A stretch of 58,969 nt of DNA, the filler included, from Sphacelaria rigidula (taxonomy: Eukaryota): the NCBI GenBank assembly GCA_964200075.2. It is 5 parts of 5 records of this genome, joined end to end, with 100 filler letters (N's around TTAATTAATTAA, not from the genome) between each part and the next. Parts side by side here need not be neighbours in the genome. Positions count along the whole stretch, not along the records: positions 1 to 11,715 come from CAXNAA020004600.1; positions 11,816 to 23,530 come from CAXNAA020004601.1; 3 more parts are not named here. One strand, written 5' to 3'. This document shows, piece by piece, positions 1 through 16,102 of this stretch; positions within the stretch are counted from its first letter, which is position 1; each line of letters opens with the position of its first letter. The notes below the pieces were generated by a model. That model did not search any database. It was given only the letters and a program-made list of their open reading frames with translations, and was not told the origin of the DNA. Made by a program: the position numbers and the translations under genes.

Positions 1-112
1 CGACCGCCCCGCCCCCCCCCTCCCCCCCCCACCACGCCACGCCCCCAATGCCTCCGCCCCCCCCGCCCCCCCCCCTCCCCCCGCCCACTAGCCCACCCCA
101 CCCCCTCCTGCC

Positions 113-390
113 GGTGGCATGAAATCGTTTGGTACATTACACGGTAGAAATAGAATGGCCGCTATACTAGGAGACAAATGATGGCCACAGACGGTGAATC
201 AGGAAGCGGATTAGATGTGCAAAAGGTTCTTGTGAAATATATGGAAGAAACGTAGTGAGCGCCCAAATATTGGAGGGTTCTCTCTGTTGAAGGCAGGAAC
301 GGTGCTCCGTCTTGAGAGGGATACGTGGTCAACGGTCGAATGACTAAGGCAATCAACAAACGAGTACGCCCCGCCACCCCATCCCCTCCT
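113..390 (+). mobile_element. LINE 3'-end fragment (same family as 38643-39937)
   Basis: Matches the reverse complement of ~38645-38850 (ggtggcatgaaatcgt...ggaacggtgctccgtc...gactaaggcaatcaacaaacgagtacgcccc). Confidence 0.8.
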
Positions 391-764
391 GCTCCTCGTA
401 ACAAGTTTGTAGTCACACCCCTCTCTCCCCTGGTACAGCCCGACATTTTGGTATCGCGGGTTGCATCAGCGCTCCGATACCACCTCGTAGCATACAGATT
501 TTTCTCTGCCATAATACTCACGTTATCAGGCTGCATAGATGGAAGTCAGGTTCCGCTCAAAGGCATACGTATCGGTGTTTGTATCCGCAACCTCCCGCTC
601 TGATTCGCTGTTGTGCACCAGGCAGACTCCCGGACCCCCGAGGCGTGGCGGCTTACATCGAAGTACTCAAATGCATGATCAGCACGTTTACGATATTAAA
701 CGCTCCCCTTATAAACATCAAATACACTACTGAACGCTCTTTGCTTTGCTTATCCTGGACTGAC

Positions 765-3700
765 CTTCAGGGCGTCGGCTCTAGCTTCTGTGGTACTGAT
801 GGCCTCGAAGGCATCTTGCAATCGCCGTTCTAGGTCAGAAGCCCGTTGTTGTGCCGCGTTTTTCTCCTCCAGGAGGCACTCTAGAGCCGCCTGCGAGGTT
901 ATTTCAACCGGGTGTGTTAAGCACAGATATCCAATGCTACTTGCAAGTGCGTGTCGAAGGTGACGGAGATGAAACAGCTCCGGGTGATGAGGGTTCAACC
1001 TCGATTGTTTCCGAAGAAGTCGAACTCTGCACTCTCGACGTGTACTGACTGTCGAGATAGTCCAATGAGGCGCTTCCAACGGCAACAACACTGTTGTAAT
1101 TCCGCCGTAGTCTGCGAAACGTTGAGTTGAGAAACGTCTCACCTTGCGGCGGTCTACTTCGTTATCTTCGAGCTTCGTGGGGAGGCGTTTGTGTGATATT
1201 TGAGTCATGCCCCGGTAGGGGTTGCACATTTGAGCCCAGCTCTTTCTCACTTTAGGGGTCTTTAAAGTTGGGATTCACATTACAAGAAGGATCAGCGCAT
1301 CATCGTTTTCAAATTCATTCGGGACATCCCTATCCCACTGGAGTGGTAATCGTGGCGTGCTCTCACATATTTATTAATTAGTCGCTTTTTGGATGAGATC
1401 AGGGGACTCCTCACAACTACCTCAGAAAATACTTGTGCACCCTCACCGTAGCACCGCTCATTCAAGACATGAAATTTGTGAGGCGTGAGCAAGGATTCTA
1501 GGGACACGTCCGGACTTCATCTCATATATTCCCGCACCTTCGCACGAACGCCCCTTTATGTTTTTCAGAGATTTCACGATATTTCTACGAGACTGTTCCA
1601 ACCATTGCCATCACCTCAGCGCCACACTCCAATTCCTCCTGCTCTGCCGCCAACCGCAGGCTTTCAAGTCTTGACTCTGCACGCTGACAGGAAATTACGT
1701 GCTCCTTCTCTTTCTTCGCCACGGCAGCTTCCGCGTCTGAAAGACGCTCCCGGGCGGAGTCTCTTTCTTCTCTCGCCAACCTCTCCCTGACTCGCAAGTC
1801 TTTGAGCTCATCGCGGGCGGCCTCCAGCTCTTCGGTGATCTCTCGCACGGCGACCTGCGATGCAAGATGGCAGTGAGAAAAACAGGAAAGACTCGAAAAC
1901 CGAGAAACAATGTGTATTTGCAGGGGTAGCTGGGTCCAATCGTGCACCAACTATACCCTCGTTTCAGACCTGTTGTGCATCAATCCTCCTGGGAATGAAT
2001 GTGTTGGATGTGCCAACATATGCTGCGCACTGAAACTCATGTTTTCAGAGGCTCCTATTCCGCCGTTTGGCCAACGACGGCAAGGTTTTCTTGTTCCAGC
2101 ACTGTAGTCACCTGGGAGGTTTCTTGGCGGGCGGGGAAAACCTTTCCAAATTACGGGCATTACTTACTAAAGCCGCCACGACGCTGTCCCGCCACGCCCC
2201 CGAAGCGGAGTCAGGATAGTCAGAAAATGGAAGCACCATGTGCGCGGAGAGTTTCGAAGACGCGTAGCACACACTGACCATGGAGATATGTGCGCGAGAG
2301 AAGGGATGCCCCCGCCTACGCGTATCAAGAAATACGTACCTCGGCATCAGCAACAGCCGCTTTCACCGCTTCATCTCGCTCCACTACTGCTGCCTCCGTC
2401 GCGGCTTTTGCGGCAGAACGCTCAGCTTCTTCTGCATAATGTTTCATTCCAGATTGAGGGATATTGGCTCGTCGGGGAACGCCCTTAGCACGGACAACAT
2501 CTCTGTGCGCTTCAGCGAGAAACTCGTCAGCGAGATATGTGCAAGTCTGAAAGAACACCCGATATTATTCCACTCTAGTACTGCTGGTCCACATCCGACT
2601 TTCCACACTAGTCCATAACCAAGCTGCCACGTGTTGGACTCATTCTAGCCTAGAACACTTTTCATCGTTCACTAATCGCTTTCAAGTGTTGCATCGTATA
2701 TCGCGAAACATACGGGAAACTATGGAGAACGAATCCTAGTCGTTTTTCATAGCAGGTGTGTTCCATTACTTCCATCTTCTCCGATTTATTTTACGCGACC
2801 TCAGCCCGTCACGGCCGAAGTATAAGTCGGAAGAATTGAGCAAACTGGGCAGAAATGGAATCATTTAGGACCGGCGTGGACAGTTCATACCAGTACGGAC
2901 TGCAGCAGCACGAGCTGCCGCAGACGAAGCAGATGCTGCAGCCGCCCTTGTCTCCGCCATGTTGCGATGTGCGCGTTCCTCGCACTCCTTCGCGTCTACC
3001 TCGGCCCGCGCGACGTCCGCCTCTAACGTTCGAGATCTAGATTCCGCGGTGCGAAGAGCTTCATTGGCAGCTGCCAACTTACTTTCCAGGCTGATCTGTG
3101 CATCAGCACCTACTCGGACAAGGTTCGCTGCTGTGTCCTCGGCCTGAGACTTCTCCTCGAGGAGTGCCGCCAAGGCCTTCTGTTTTCATCGGGCGGGCCG
3201 GAAGAGTGTTCACCGAGATAAAGTCAGGCATGATTCAGGAACAGGAGCTCCTTTCAAGCACGACATGACCTTTCAAAGAAGCGGAAGCCCTTACTCCTGG
3301 AGAAACCAGTGGGAGCGTCTTTGGGCTTGCTCATCACTATTTTTCAGTTCGAGAAGCGCTGTCGTGGTAGCATAGTGCCAGGCACGCGCCAATCTTTGTG
3401 GGGTGAGCCATGTCGAAAAGTTACAGAGTACACAAACGAGTGACGCGTGGGAGCGTACGCAATTTTTCCAACGCGTTTATGTGAATATTTATGGTGTTAA
3501 CAATAGCGAAACAATGGCCCACTGACGGGTTCACCTAACTATTCTACCGTAGTACCTCTAGTCACCCGTACGTAGCATAGCTATGGTCGGCGGGATACAC
3601 GCCGATGAGTATCCAAGCGGAATTCCCGGTAGCGATTTTTACGTCAACCATGTCATCTACGGACTGACACCCTATGTAGCTGAAGGAGCATCAAGTAGTG

Positions 3701-6700
3701 CACATATGCGTCACTTTTGTCTGATGCTCAAGAACACGCCAGGAGACGTCCAGCTACTCGAACTCTTGCCTGGTAGCAGATGTTCTCTCGATCCCGCTCT
3801 AAACTCAAACTTGCTAGCTGTGCTTCCGCTCTCTCCCGAAACGTGTCGAGATCTTTCTCCGCTCGGTTGACAGCACCCTGTAGCTCTGCGGCACTTTCTT
3901 GTGCGGCTCTGCGTTCTCGCATCGCGGCCGATAGCGCGTTTGTTTCCGCCACTCGGACGAGAGCGAGCTCTTTCCGTAAGGACTCCACCTCCGACCTGGA
4001 TTCGCGTAGAGCTTGCTCGGCTTCCCTTACAGATTCTTGAGTCTCCTTCAGTTCCCGTTCAAGAGTCTCCGCCCTTGAGAGTATATATTTCATCTCCTCG
4101 TCTTTCCCGCGTTGCTTCTCGGCGGCTTCCTAGGCGATTCGAGCAAAGGTCAGGGAGCGACTGACCAGTTGGTGTTGATACTACACCCTGGAAGCGTTGA
4201 CGGGTGATACGTACATTTCCTACAACACGCTGACCGCTCACGACGTTCAATATGTTGGTATATTGACCGATTGATATTCTGGCACAACAGGGCGGGTCGG
4301 AATGCATTGTGCTAGCGACGTATGGATCAACCCAAGTATGTAATCTATGCTGGCCACACCACATAGCCGGCTGCGCACACTATCAAGGTATGTATATATA
4401 TATATATATATTCAGAAATTAGAACAAGTGCCATTCAATTACCGTCTGACATTACAGTAGCAGAATTGCCGGGGAACCTGCAACTACCGTCTGTGAATAG
4501 TCAGGCCGGAAAGTGCTCCAATAAGTTGGAGTAAAACGTTCGACGGTAAACGAGCGCGGTAAGACTCGTCCGGGACATGCATTGCAAACTCGGAAGGGGT
4601 AGTGTTGCTACTTTGATGGCATCTTCGGATGATTTAGACACCCATTCCACTCTATTTTTGTATGTGCAGAAGTGTACTGTGTGAAGATACATCATACGGT
4701 ACCACGGTGAGACTTCGGACGCGATGCATGCATCTACATCACCATTGATCATCAAACAAGACCGCGCTTTTTACACAATAGTTATAACAAAACTACTACT
4801 GGAAGTCGCGGGAACGCTGCTGCAAAACGAAACTATCTATTACCACAAGCTGCCGTCAGAAAGGTCTACACAGATATGTCAACATTTAGGTCGTAAGTAC
4901 ACAGCCACTTGGAAGTTCCCAATTTCCGGTATATTCACGCCTTCATAAAACCATCCGTTGATCCATATCGCGTCGTGCGTGTGATGCAAAAAATGTGGAA
5001 TCGATCATGCAGCCACTGTCGAGGCATAGATAATGCAGCAATTGCCGGTGTTTCACAATATTTGAGGTCCTAACATCGTGAGCACCCAAGATACGGCACA
5101 ACGTACTCCGGTCAAACAATAAAGTACACCGTGATGAATTTTATACTGTCTGCGTGATATGCGTACCCGCTGTGCGCTTCAGTACACATCGTTCGTGAAA
5201 TATACCTGTCGTCTGTGCGTTAAAACAATAAATACTTTGCTCAGGCAATGTGGATGCTTGTCACGCGTTCACATGTAAGTTGAACAACCGATACGGTTAC
5301 CCCACATGGGTTACGACGATATATGCTTGAGGTATACTGGTTGCTCAACACATACATATTCACTCGTGAGATATCAAGCACAATATCTACGTCGAGGGGG
5401 CACTTTCTCGCGTTTCTACATAAATATTTCCCAAAACATATCGAAATAGTCTGAGGTGTCGTTTGTAGTCTCACCGTGCGTACCATCACCTGAGTGTTCG
5501 AAGGCTGCTATTTGTTTTCCGGTGAGACTTGGCCGGCAAGCAAAGTTGTCGGAAGGGCATGTCGCTCCACCGAACATTTACTGCTTAGTACATACTGCAG
5601 GATGTTTTACCTTCCGTCCCTGAACAAGTCTTTTATGGTCTAATTGGGTAAAGCGAATGGAGGCGCAATCTTGTGCCTTAGAGCGTTCTAGGAGGTGTCC
5701 CCATCTTCCGTGAATAAATTTTGTGGGAAACCAGTACTATCAATCCCATTCTCCATCTCTCACGGCGAATCTTTTTCTCTTGCCCAACACATTTTGAGTG
5801 GCCCACCTCCGCCTTGACCTCTTCAAGTTCGATCTCTAAAGCTCGATTCCTAGCTTCTGCAATACGAACCGCTTCATCAGCTTCCATCGCCTTTTCCTCT
5901 GCTTCGACGGCGCGCTTTTCGAGGCTGCACTTCTCGTCGAGAAGCGCAATAAGCGCACTCTGTTTGAGAGCATACGACGAGTCACGAACACACCAGGAGT
6001 CCAGCAACGATTTCATCTATCAGGGGTGCTAGCTTGTCGCGCCGAAATTGATGGGTACATAACTCGCTTCCCACGTTACCTTGGCCGGGGGAACGATCGC
6101 TGCTATGTGTACTTGTTCAGTCAGAGAAAGTAAAAACCAGTTATTCTGGCGCCACAATCCCACCCCCCCTCCCCGCCATGATCTCATGACTACAGCATGC
6201 ACGATCATAAGCACACCGTTCCCTCCAGCCCCCCTGAACATTATACTAGGAAGGATATTTGCTACTGAGAAGTGTTTGGGGGAAACGAACAAACGATACA
6301 GCCTGCTCTACACTCCCACCTGAGTCCCGTCTTCATGTAGCTCTTGGGCGAGTGCCGAGTCCAGCGCTTCAAGTCTGGACTCCACTCTGTTTCGCATCTG
6401 GTCACGGTCTTGCTCGGTCCTCTGAATCGTCGTTTCCAATTCCGAAATTTTGTCTCCAGCTGCTTTTTTTGCGGCGATTGCTTTCACCACCGTTGCCGCT
6501 TCCGCCTCTCGTGCCAGATGGAGTTCATTCCGAATCGCTTCCATCTCAGCCCTGGCGTTCGCAGATGCGGTGTTCGCATCCCGGAGCATTGCTTCCGCCG
6601 CCATCGCTCGGTCGCAAGCCTCCCCCTTTGTTCATGACGTCGAACATACGAGGATCTACAACATGAGGAGATGCGGCGCCACCATACTACATATTTCCCT

Positions 6701-9700
6701 TAACCATGTAGGTCTGGCCTTACCAAGCGTCGATTCATCGAATGAACTAGCCTTCATTTAGCTGTTAAAACCTCTATTAAGTGGATCGCGCCGGTGTTGT
6801 AGGCGTTTCCTTACGCGGGGGCGCCTCCGGGGAATGTAAACGATGTTTCATGTGCGAGGCAACCTCTCGCATGCTCATATTGGGGGCGGACACGTCTCTG
6901 GCACGACCGTAGTTGATCTCGGCACGGTTCTCTCAAATGTCGGGGACTTTGCATTCCTTGTCGTGACCCATGATCGTTTGTGGCTCAATACAGGGTTACC
7001 CCGTGGCTACCCAAACGTACTCATCAGTACCCGTGACCACTCATGCAGTGATCCATGGGCTATCATCGGTCAGCGCACGGGTAAAGCCATAGGTCCCCGT
7101 GGTTGCCCATGGTTGGGGGCTTCTTGCTCATGAGTCACCGCGCGACATGGTGGTAGCCCATAACCGCCAGTTGTGGCCACCCATAGGCTCGAAAACTATA
7201 ACTCACGGGTGCTCTTGGGAGCCGAGAAACACGCGATAATGCCGAAGAGTGTAACCGTAGTTGGTGATCGACGAGCGTAAATTGCTGTCACCCACAGCAG
7301 ACCTGGAGAAATGTTCGTAAACAATGATGGTACTTGATTTTACTTGATTTCAGAGTGAACATCAATATTTGCATCTTGAGAGAGTTTGACAGTCCCAAGT
7401 GCTCCTAGCTCGTCCAGAACGTGTTTTTGTCCAAAGTTGGCGCCGCAGTCGCGCCGATTTGAAGTCTCGCAACGCGAATTTTGCCTAGGAAACACTCTAC
7501 ACCCCCCTTGCCCGAGGGTTCTCGGTATGCCTTCGTCGGGTTTGGGGTCAGGGTCCGCGTTAGGGTTGACGGCACTTCCATAGTATCATCCATGAAAAAA
7601 ATGAAAAAAAAATGAGAGAAAAATGAAAGAAAGGAAAGTAAAAATAAAAGTAATAGGAGCGCATATATCTCTTTTGAAATCCGACATCTACAGAAATGAA
7701 AAATGAGCAAGTTATCGCACCAATAACCTATGGGCAACCATGAGCACCCGTTGGCACCTATGGGTGCTCGCGGGCAACTCCGCAGTAATAGGTACACTGG
7801 TGGGCATTTGTAGAGTGTCCCGAACCGGAATATAATTTCCCGATCCTCGACGGAAGTAACCCTATAGCAACCCCTGTAGCAACAAATGGATGAGCAAATA
7901 GCCGTGAATAGCAGCATGTTCGTGAGATTAGGAACGGATGTTTTTTGGAACGGGAGATTCTTCGTGATTGATACCACGACCGTCGAATCGTCCGAAACGG
8001 TCGTCACCCCCCTTACAGCCCGTGATCTGACGGGATTTTTGGCGCAGTCAGATTTGAAATCGGTGACGCCTGCCATGAGATGCGGCCGAAAATGCGATTT
8101 CTTCTTCTTTGTTTAGACACATAGATCACGTGCTTTCTGGAGGATGACGGTCGTTTCGGACGATTCGACCGTCTTGGCGTCAATCGCGAAAGGCCTCCCG
8201 TTCCGAAAAAACATCCGTTCGTAATCTCACGAACATGTCGTTGAACGACGACAGGAAACAACAGTCGCAGCATCAGTGTCCCCTCATTTACGGAGGCTGA
8301 ACCAATTACGTGGGCGGATGGCATCATATCGAGTGACTCAGAAAATATGAACAAAAAAGCAAAGGAAAACAAGGACACCCAGGTGACGCAATTGCACTTT
8401 ACCCACCATTACTCACGGTCAAGAGCGAATCAAATGCTCGGGCAACACGTGGTTTAGGATGGATCATATGCTTCAGCACAAATAGACATATCCAAAGCAC
8501 CAGCTACCGCTCAGATTCGCCAGAGGGTAGGGGAGTCTACAGGCGAGCAACAGGAGGACGCAATGTACACCGCCGACAGAATGGGTTAGGCAAGCACGAG
8601 ATGGCCGACTGATATAGTAGCGGTTGCATTAAGCACACTCCCCTGTCCGGACCAGCCGCTGATTTTTTCGTTCGAAACAGCGAGTTTCCTCCCGAAACAG
8701 CACGTATTATTGCACCGATATTTGACTATACTGACATCACTACCAGGTGACGGTTCGGCGGAACAGTGCAGTTTACCCTAGTTCGGTGTCAACATCCCAA
8801 GGTTGAGAATATGCTTGGACGATCACATTCGGCTCTTTAGAAAGTTCACAGTTCTGCAAGCGTTTCTCCAGGGTATGCGCAACGTGTGCAGGACGGGTTT
8901 TGGCTGAGCTCGGTCAGGGATCGATGTGAGCCAAGACCAGGCATATTTTTCGTAGGACACCGTTCGTATCTCTGTAGCCCGAGGGTTCTCGCCAACCCTT
9001 GGGTCGTCATTAGTTTAAGGGTTTGCGTTGTAGGTCAAGAAAAACAAAGTTCACTCAGTCATCGTGTTTTGGCGCTGAATTGGGGTAAATCCCACTTCGG
9101 CGAATTCACTTCGACCGATATGGAAGTACACACGATTGGCCCTGTCAGAAGAACGTCACGCACGAGAACTTGTTTTACAAAACGGCAGCATTGAGAAGTT
9201 CACATTTTTTTTTCAATCTCTGTATATATTCTGCTGTCTTATATCTCGTTTCGTTCTGTTCACTCCACATAATCTTTCTTACAATGTTTGCTTCCTCGAA
9301 TTTGTGTTGGCGAGTGCTTCCGTTTTGTTTACCTCGGGTAGGCCTATCTTGTGGATAATGACCCACAGCTGGATTCCTCGGACGTCAGGCAATGCTGATA
9401 TGCGGTGATTGCAATCATCAGCCAGCCCACTTTCGAACCAGGCATAGCTCTCGCATGTACATCCTTGTACCGGGCGACGACAATCAAAATCTTTCTTGGC
9501 CATTTTGAACCGGCCACATCCTTACCATGGACACCTTCGAACATAATTAGGATAATTAATTAACACGAGGAAAGAACACGTACTACGGCGATCGTGCAAA
9601 TAGCCTTGGAAATTCAATAATGTTCGGATGATGAGACCTTTTTCAAGACACTGGGGGGAGAACTAAAGAAGGCACTCACTGCTACGAGTAAAAAGGTAGC

Positions 9701-11241
9701 GGCTGCCAATCACTTGAAAGCAAAAATGAAGCATTCTCCTAAACCGAACAGCCCCCCGCGTTATGCGGCGGATCAAAATACATACTTGGACATTGCAACG
9801 AGTGCCAACGAGGAAGAGTCATGAACCCCAAACTCCTCAACAAAAGTTGCGCACGCAAGACCCAACGACAGACGGTAGCCCATCAGGATGTGAGAGGAGG
9901 CGATAAAACAGCGCAACTAGCCCATTGTCTCTATATCCTTTCGTCCATTTGTGAATTGTAAGCGCGCTTGCCGCCGCCGGCACTAGCTGTATTAGTGCTA
10001 TTCTATCGCTTTTTTTCCCGCCTCAATGAGTTACCGTCGGTCATAAGGTTTTCGCGTGCGCTACTCTTGTAGTGCTTTGGGGTGCATGGCTATACCTTGT
10101 CGACACTCGTTGCGTCCGACTCAGTTTGTTCACGCATGGATGGGTTGGCTGTCGCGCATACTCGGTGGTAGTAGAAGCCTTTCACGTAAAAGTCGGACTT
10201 CGTTCAGGGATCGAAACACATGTCCAAGCGTCAGAATATCGCTCGTGGAGAACCAGCTGGCCCAGTTCCCAATTTTCGGAGGAACATTAAATGTCATCGG
10301 AAAAGTAGGAGAAGTTGCAAAACGGTCTTCCCCTTCAGGCAAAAACTTGGGATACTGTATTGCTCACCTCCACCGCCTGATGCCGACAGTCGCCGCCGTC
10401 GCGACCCACGGCAGGAGTAAGTACGGGAACGTCATCCGTGAACGCATTCCTCATCACCCCGGACTCAACTCGCTCTGCATCATTCTCTATTGCTTCCGCG
10501 CCATCGACTTTGTGGGCCGAGATGTCGTCGATCTGGGCTTGAAGGGCTGCAGCTCTAGTCTCGGCCGCTCGAAGGGCTTCGGACGTTTGTTGCAGCCGCG
10601 ACTCTAGGAGATTTCCTTCTGCTTGGACGGCCTGGACAACTTCGGCACTTCGGCGTTCGGCCTCCGACTTTTCTTCTATGATAGCGTGTAGCGCAGCCTA
10701 TCAAATGCAACGGTGGCGATTCGGTTGAAGGAGACAGATGCGTTGTTATGTGTCGCAGGAATCGGCTATGGCTTCCTCTCGGCCGTCCTCATCTTTCTCG
10801 GGTGCGCATCTGAGAGTGGCATGTGCGTCGAAGTAGCCTTCCAATGGCCCACCTACTCTCATGGAGCGACCAGAGACTCGCTGTCGCTTACTTCCATTCG
10901 GTGAACATGTAGCCCACACGCGGTACTTCTAAAGCAGGGTAAGGCAGCACAACTCTTGTTGGCACCTTGGATATTCCAAGGCAGATGCCGTGTGTACGGT
11001 AGATTCTTTACAGATGTTGACGCGCTCGGACTGTACCTTAAGAATAAAACGAAGACCATGACACGCGCTCAAGGCCTCCAAATAGAACTCTACCTGAACC
11101 CCGCTTTCCCGCTCCTCCTGCTCCAACGCTAGTCTCAGCTGATCAAGTCTGGCGTCTGCCCGTTCCCGGAACAACGCGTGCTCCTTCTCGGTCGCGGCAA
11201 TGACCCCATCTAACGCGGTAATTTTCTCTTCTGCTACCCGC
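765..11241 (-). CDS. Long coiled-coil protein with internal exon-pair repeats (partial; both ends lie outside the contig)
   Basis: Phase-compatible exons on the minus strand: 11094-11241, 10368-10697, 6320-6625, 5807-5959, 3770-4129 (GC donor), 2897-3179, 2340-2431, 1615-1854, 765-890. Continuous A/E/R/L-rich helical frame, e.g. AALHAIIEEKSEAERR, SALIALLDEKCSLEKR, KALAALLEEKSQAE, AALECLLEEKNAAQQR. Confidence 0.8.
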
Positions 11242-11655
11242 CTGTTGTTTATTAACGGATGGACGCCGCACGCCGGGCGGAGCCGAGGCGATTGCACCTT
11301 TAATCTTCATCGAACATAGTGTGCGAGCCTCCCGTTCCAGGAGCTGCGTATTTGTTTCCTCTTGATGGGGTGTTCGATTTTGAAGTTGTGTGACTAAACT
11401 GACGCACGGTTGAATTTTCGCCGCCCGCGTAGACCGCGCTGTTCAACGAGGATAAATAACATCGCTCGCGCAGTCCCTAGGCTATAGGCTCGGCCATTGT
11501 TAGGGGCTGTGTAGCAGCTACTCAGCAGGTGCACTTCAAAAGCAAATAGCGTTACTTGTCAGTGTTCGCCGACTAGTCAGCGATCGTTTAATCACGATGA
11601 GACCTGGTATTGACTTTGCGGCAACCTTCATGTGTTTGAGGTTAGCCCCCCCCCC

Positions 11656-11694
<39 letters not shown>

Positions 11695-11715
11695 CGCGAC
11701 CTGCAGGTTTTGCGT

Positions 11716-11815
11716 NNNNNNNNNNNNNNNNNNNNNNNNNNNNNNNNNNNNNNNNNNNNTTAATTAATTAANNNNNNNNNNNNNNNNNNNNNNNNNNNNN
11801 NNNNNNNNNNNNNNN
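11716..11815. other. Artificial contig linker
   Basis: N44-TTAATTAATTAA-N44 (stop codons in all six frames). Confidence 0.97.
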
Positions 11816-11862
11816 ACTAAGGCAAGCAACAAATGAGTACGCCCACCCACCCCCCCCCCACC
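11816..11862 (+). repeat. LINE 3' tail at contig start
   Basis: actaaggcaagcaacaaatgagtacgccc followed by a C-run. Confidence 0.75.
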
Positions 11863-11869
11863 TATGATG

Positions 11870-12072
11870 AGACACCCATGAGCCAGTGTGTAAGCCGTGG
11901 CTGTCTCTGGAAGTTGCGACACCAGAAAGTGAAGCAACTCATTCAAGGCTGTCATCCAAATGTACCATAATCAGTAAGTAGGCTTCGGGCCGAACAATCT
12001 CACAATAGCAGGATGCAGTTCACCCTTCATGCGACGCGCCGGATACACCAAGCGCTTCGCGCTTGGTGGTTA
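11870..12072 (-). repeat. Dispersed repeat with a GCGCGAAGCGC hairpin end (copy at ~34866-35057 plus)
   Basis: Reverse complement aligns with accaggcgcgaagcgcc..gtatccggcg...ggatgacaacc...tttctggtatcgc.acttc.agaga.ag...tacactg.ctcatgg. Confidence 0.65.
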
Positions 12073-12075
12073 ATG

Positions 12076-12188
12076 GCGAACCTAGCCTGGCGAAAACCCG
12101 GCGTGCTCCGTCCCAGTTTTGCAGGGATGCGAGGTCAATGGTCATATGACTACGTCATGCAAGATCATGAATACCCCCCCCCCCCCTG
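12076..12188 (+). repeat. Second-subfamily LINE 3' tail (also 53634-53748 minus and ~6180-6230)
   Basis: ggcgaaaacccggcgtgctccgtcccag....agggatgcgaggtcaatggtc...gatcatgaatac followed by a C-run. Reverse-complement match at 53634-53748. Confidence 0.7.
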
Positions 12189-12542
12189 ACCCTCCGTCCC
12201 GGCTGAATCCCGTTACCAACTGGAGCAGTTTTTGCGCGGCTTTCAGCGGGAAAAACTGGGGACTGAATTCGTTTGTATTCAGAGTGCTTCAGCTGCTACA
12301 ACATCAAGCATTCATAAACTTTGAGTAATTTAGGCAATACACGGATTTCGCGCTGTGCCCGCGTTTGAAAGCTTCACAAGAAAATGTGATACCTTCGTGG
12401 AAGACCGCGGTTCAGAGAAATGCTATGTTTGCAAGCTAGAATGAAGTTTTCCTGTGATTTCGTCCCACTTTCGTGGCAGACACGCAGCCGGGGAAGGCAG
12501 GGAAGAAGACCTCAGAACTCATGGATAAATGGCGTGAAGTAC

Positions 12543-15181
<2,639 letters not shown>

Positions 15182-16102
15182 CTAACGCTGACCACTCTTC
15201 GCTAGCAGAGTAGTGGCCGAGGCATGCGTTTGTAGGAGCACGTGGTGCATGAAAAACAGGTGACCATCTCGTCAGCCGCGTGTGTCGCCGACGGGAGATA
15301 ACTCGGCAAATAATATCAAGCAGGGACAAGACTGAATGATTCCTTTTTTGTGATGTACCTTTCAATTGCGGGCAGACGTCTAACCAAGAGAGGCCCTGTT
15401 TTTAGCGGTCGAACGGCCGAGCGAATGAACTGAACCACACCTTTCATCGGAGGTCATTCCCTTACTCACCAATTTATTCGTCTGTGGGCGGTATGTATGA
15501 CCAAGTGTGCCATTGCCTTGTTCACTTCGGCAGAAAATATCCTAACTGGACGGCGAGCTCTAGGTAGCGGGATCATAATGCTATTACTCGCTCAAAATTA
15601 TGAGCTAGATTCAAGCCCGTCTCACATTAGCAAATGTGGGGGGTTGGTCATAAATGTGTCATGCCATGGGAGTAACACCAGCGTCCATATTCCTATTATT
15701 GCTGCTGGAACTACACCTCAGCCGAAATTTCCAATTTAGTGCTGCGTACCCCGATGCTAGCTAGACACGTGCAGTCCACAGATCAGTTGAGGGTGGCTTG
15801 GTTTACTCGAAACCATCAGACTTGTTATTTTAACTGCGTTTATCATGGACTTTCTCCTGCTTCATACGGACTGTGTGGAACGTATCAGACAGTCTGAGTT
15901 CTTGCCGGTCTAAAACGGTCACCGGCCTTTCAACTCAGGTGGCCTTGATAGGGCCCACCTAATCTGTACACATGGACACAGCTATGCATCGTAGCGTACA
16001 GTATTCTACAAGGAAACTGTTGGAGTGTTTTGCCCCTCAACATCAACTACTACTTTTTGGACTTGTGAGAGAGGCCTATTAATACAGACCTGTCAGCTCT
16101 TA

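Noticed and set aside
471..494. Peptide YATRWYRS in ORF 162..536, resembling a kinase activation segment and a possible continuation of the CDKL5 gene
   Set aside because: It is followed by AD rather than PE, has no proper acceptor or other kinase motifs, and lies on a different contig. Most likely chance.
7405..8076. 223-aa minus-strand ORF with a hydrophobic stretch
   Set aside because: The hydrophobic part is translated A/T low-complexity repeat inside an intron.
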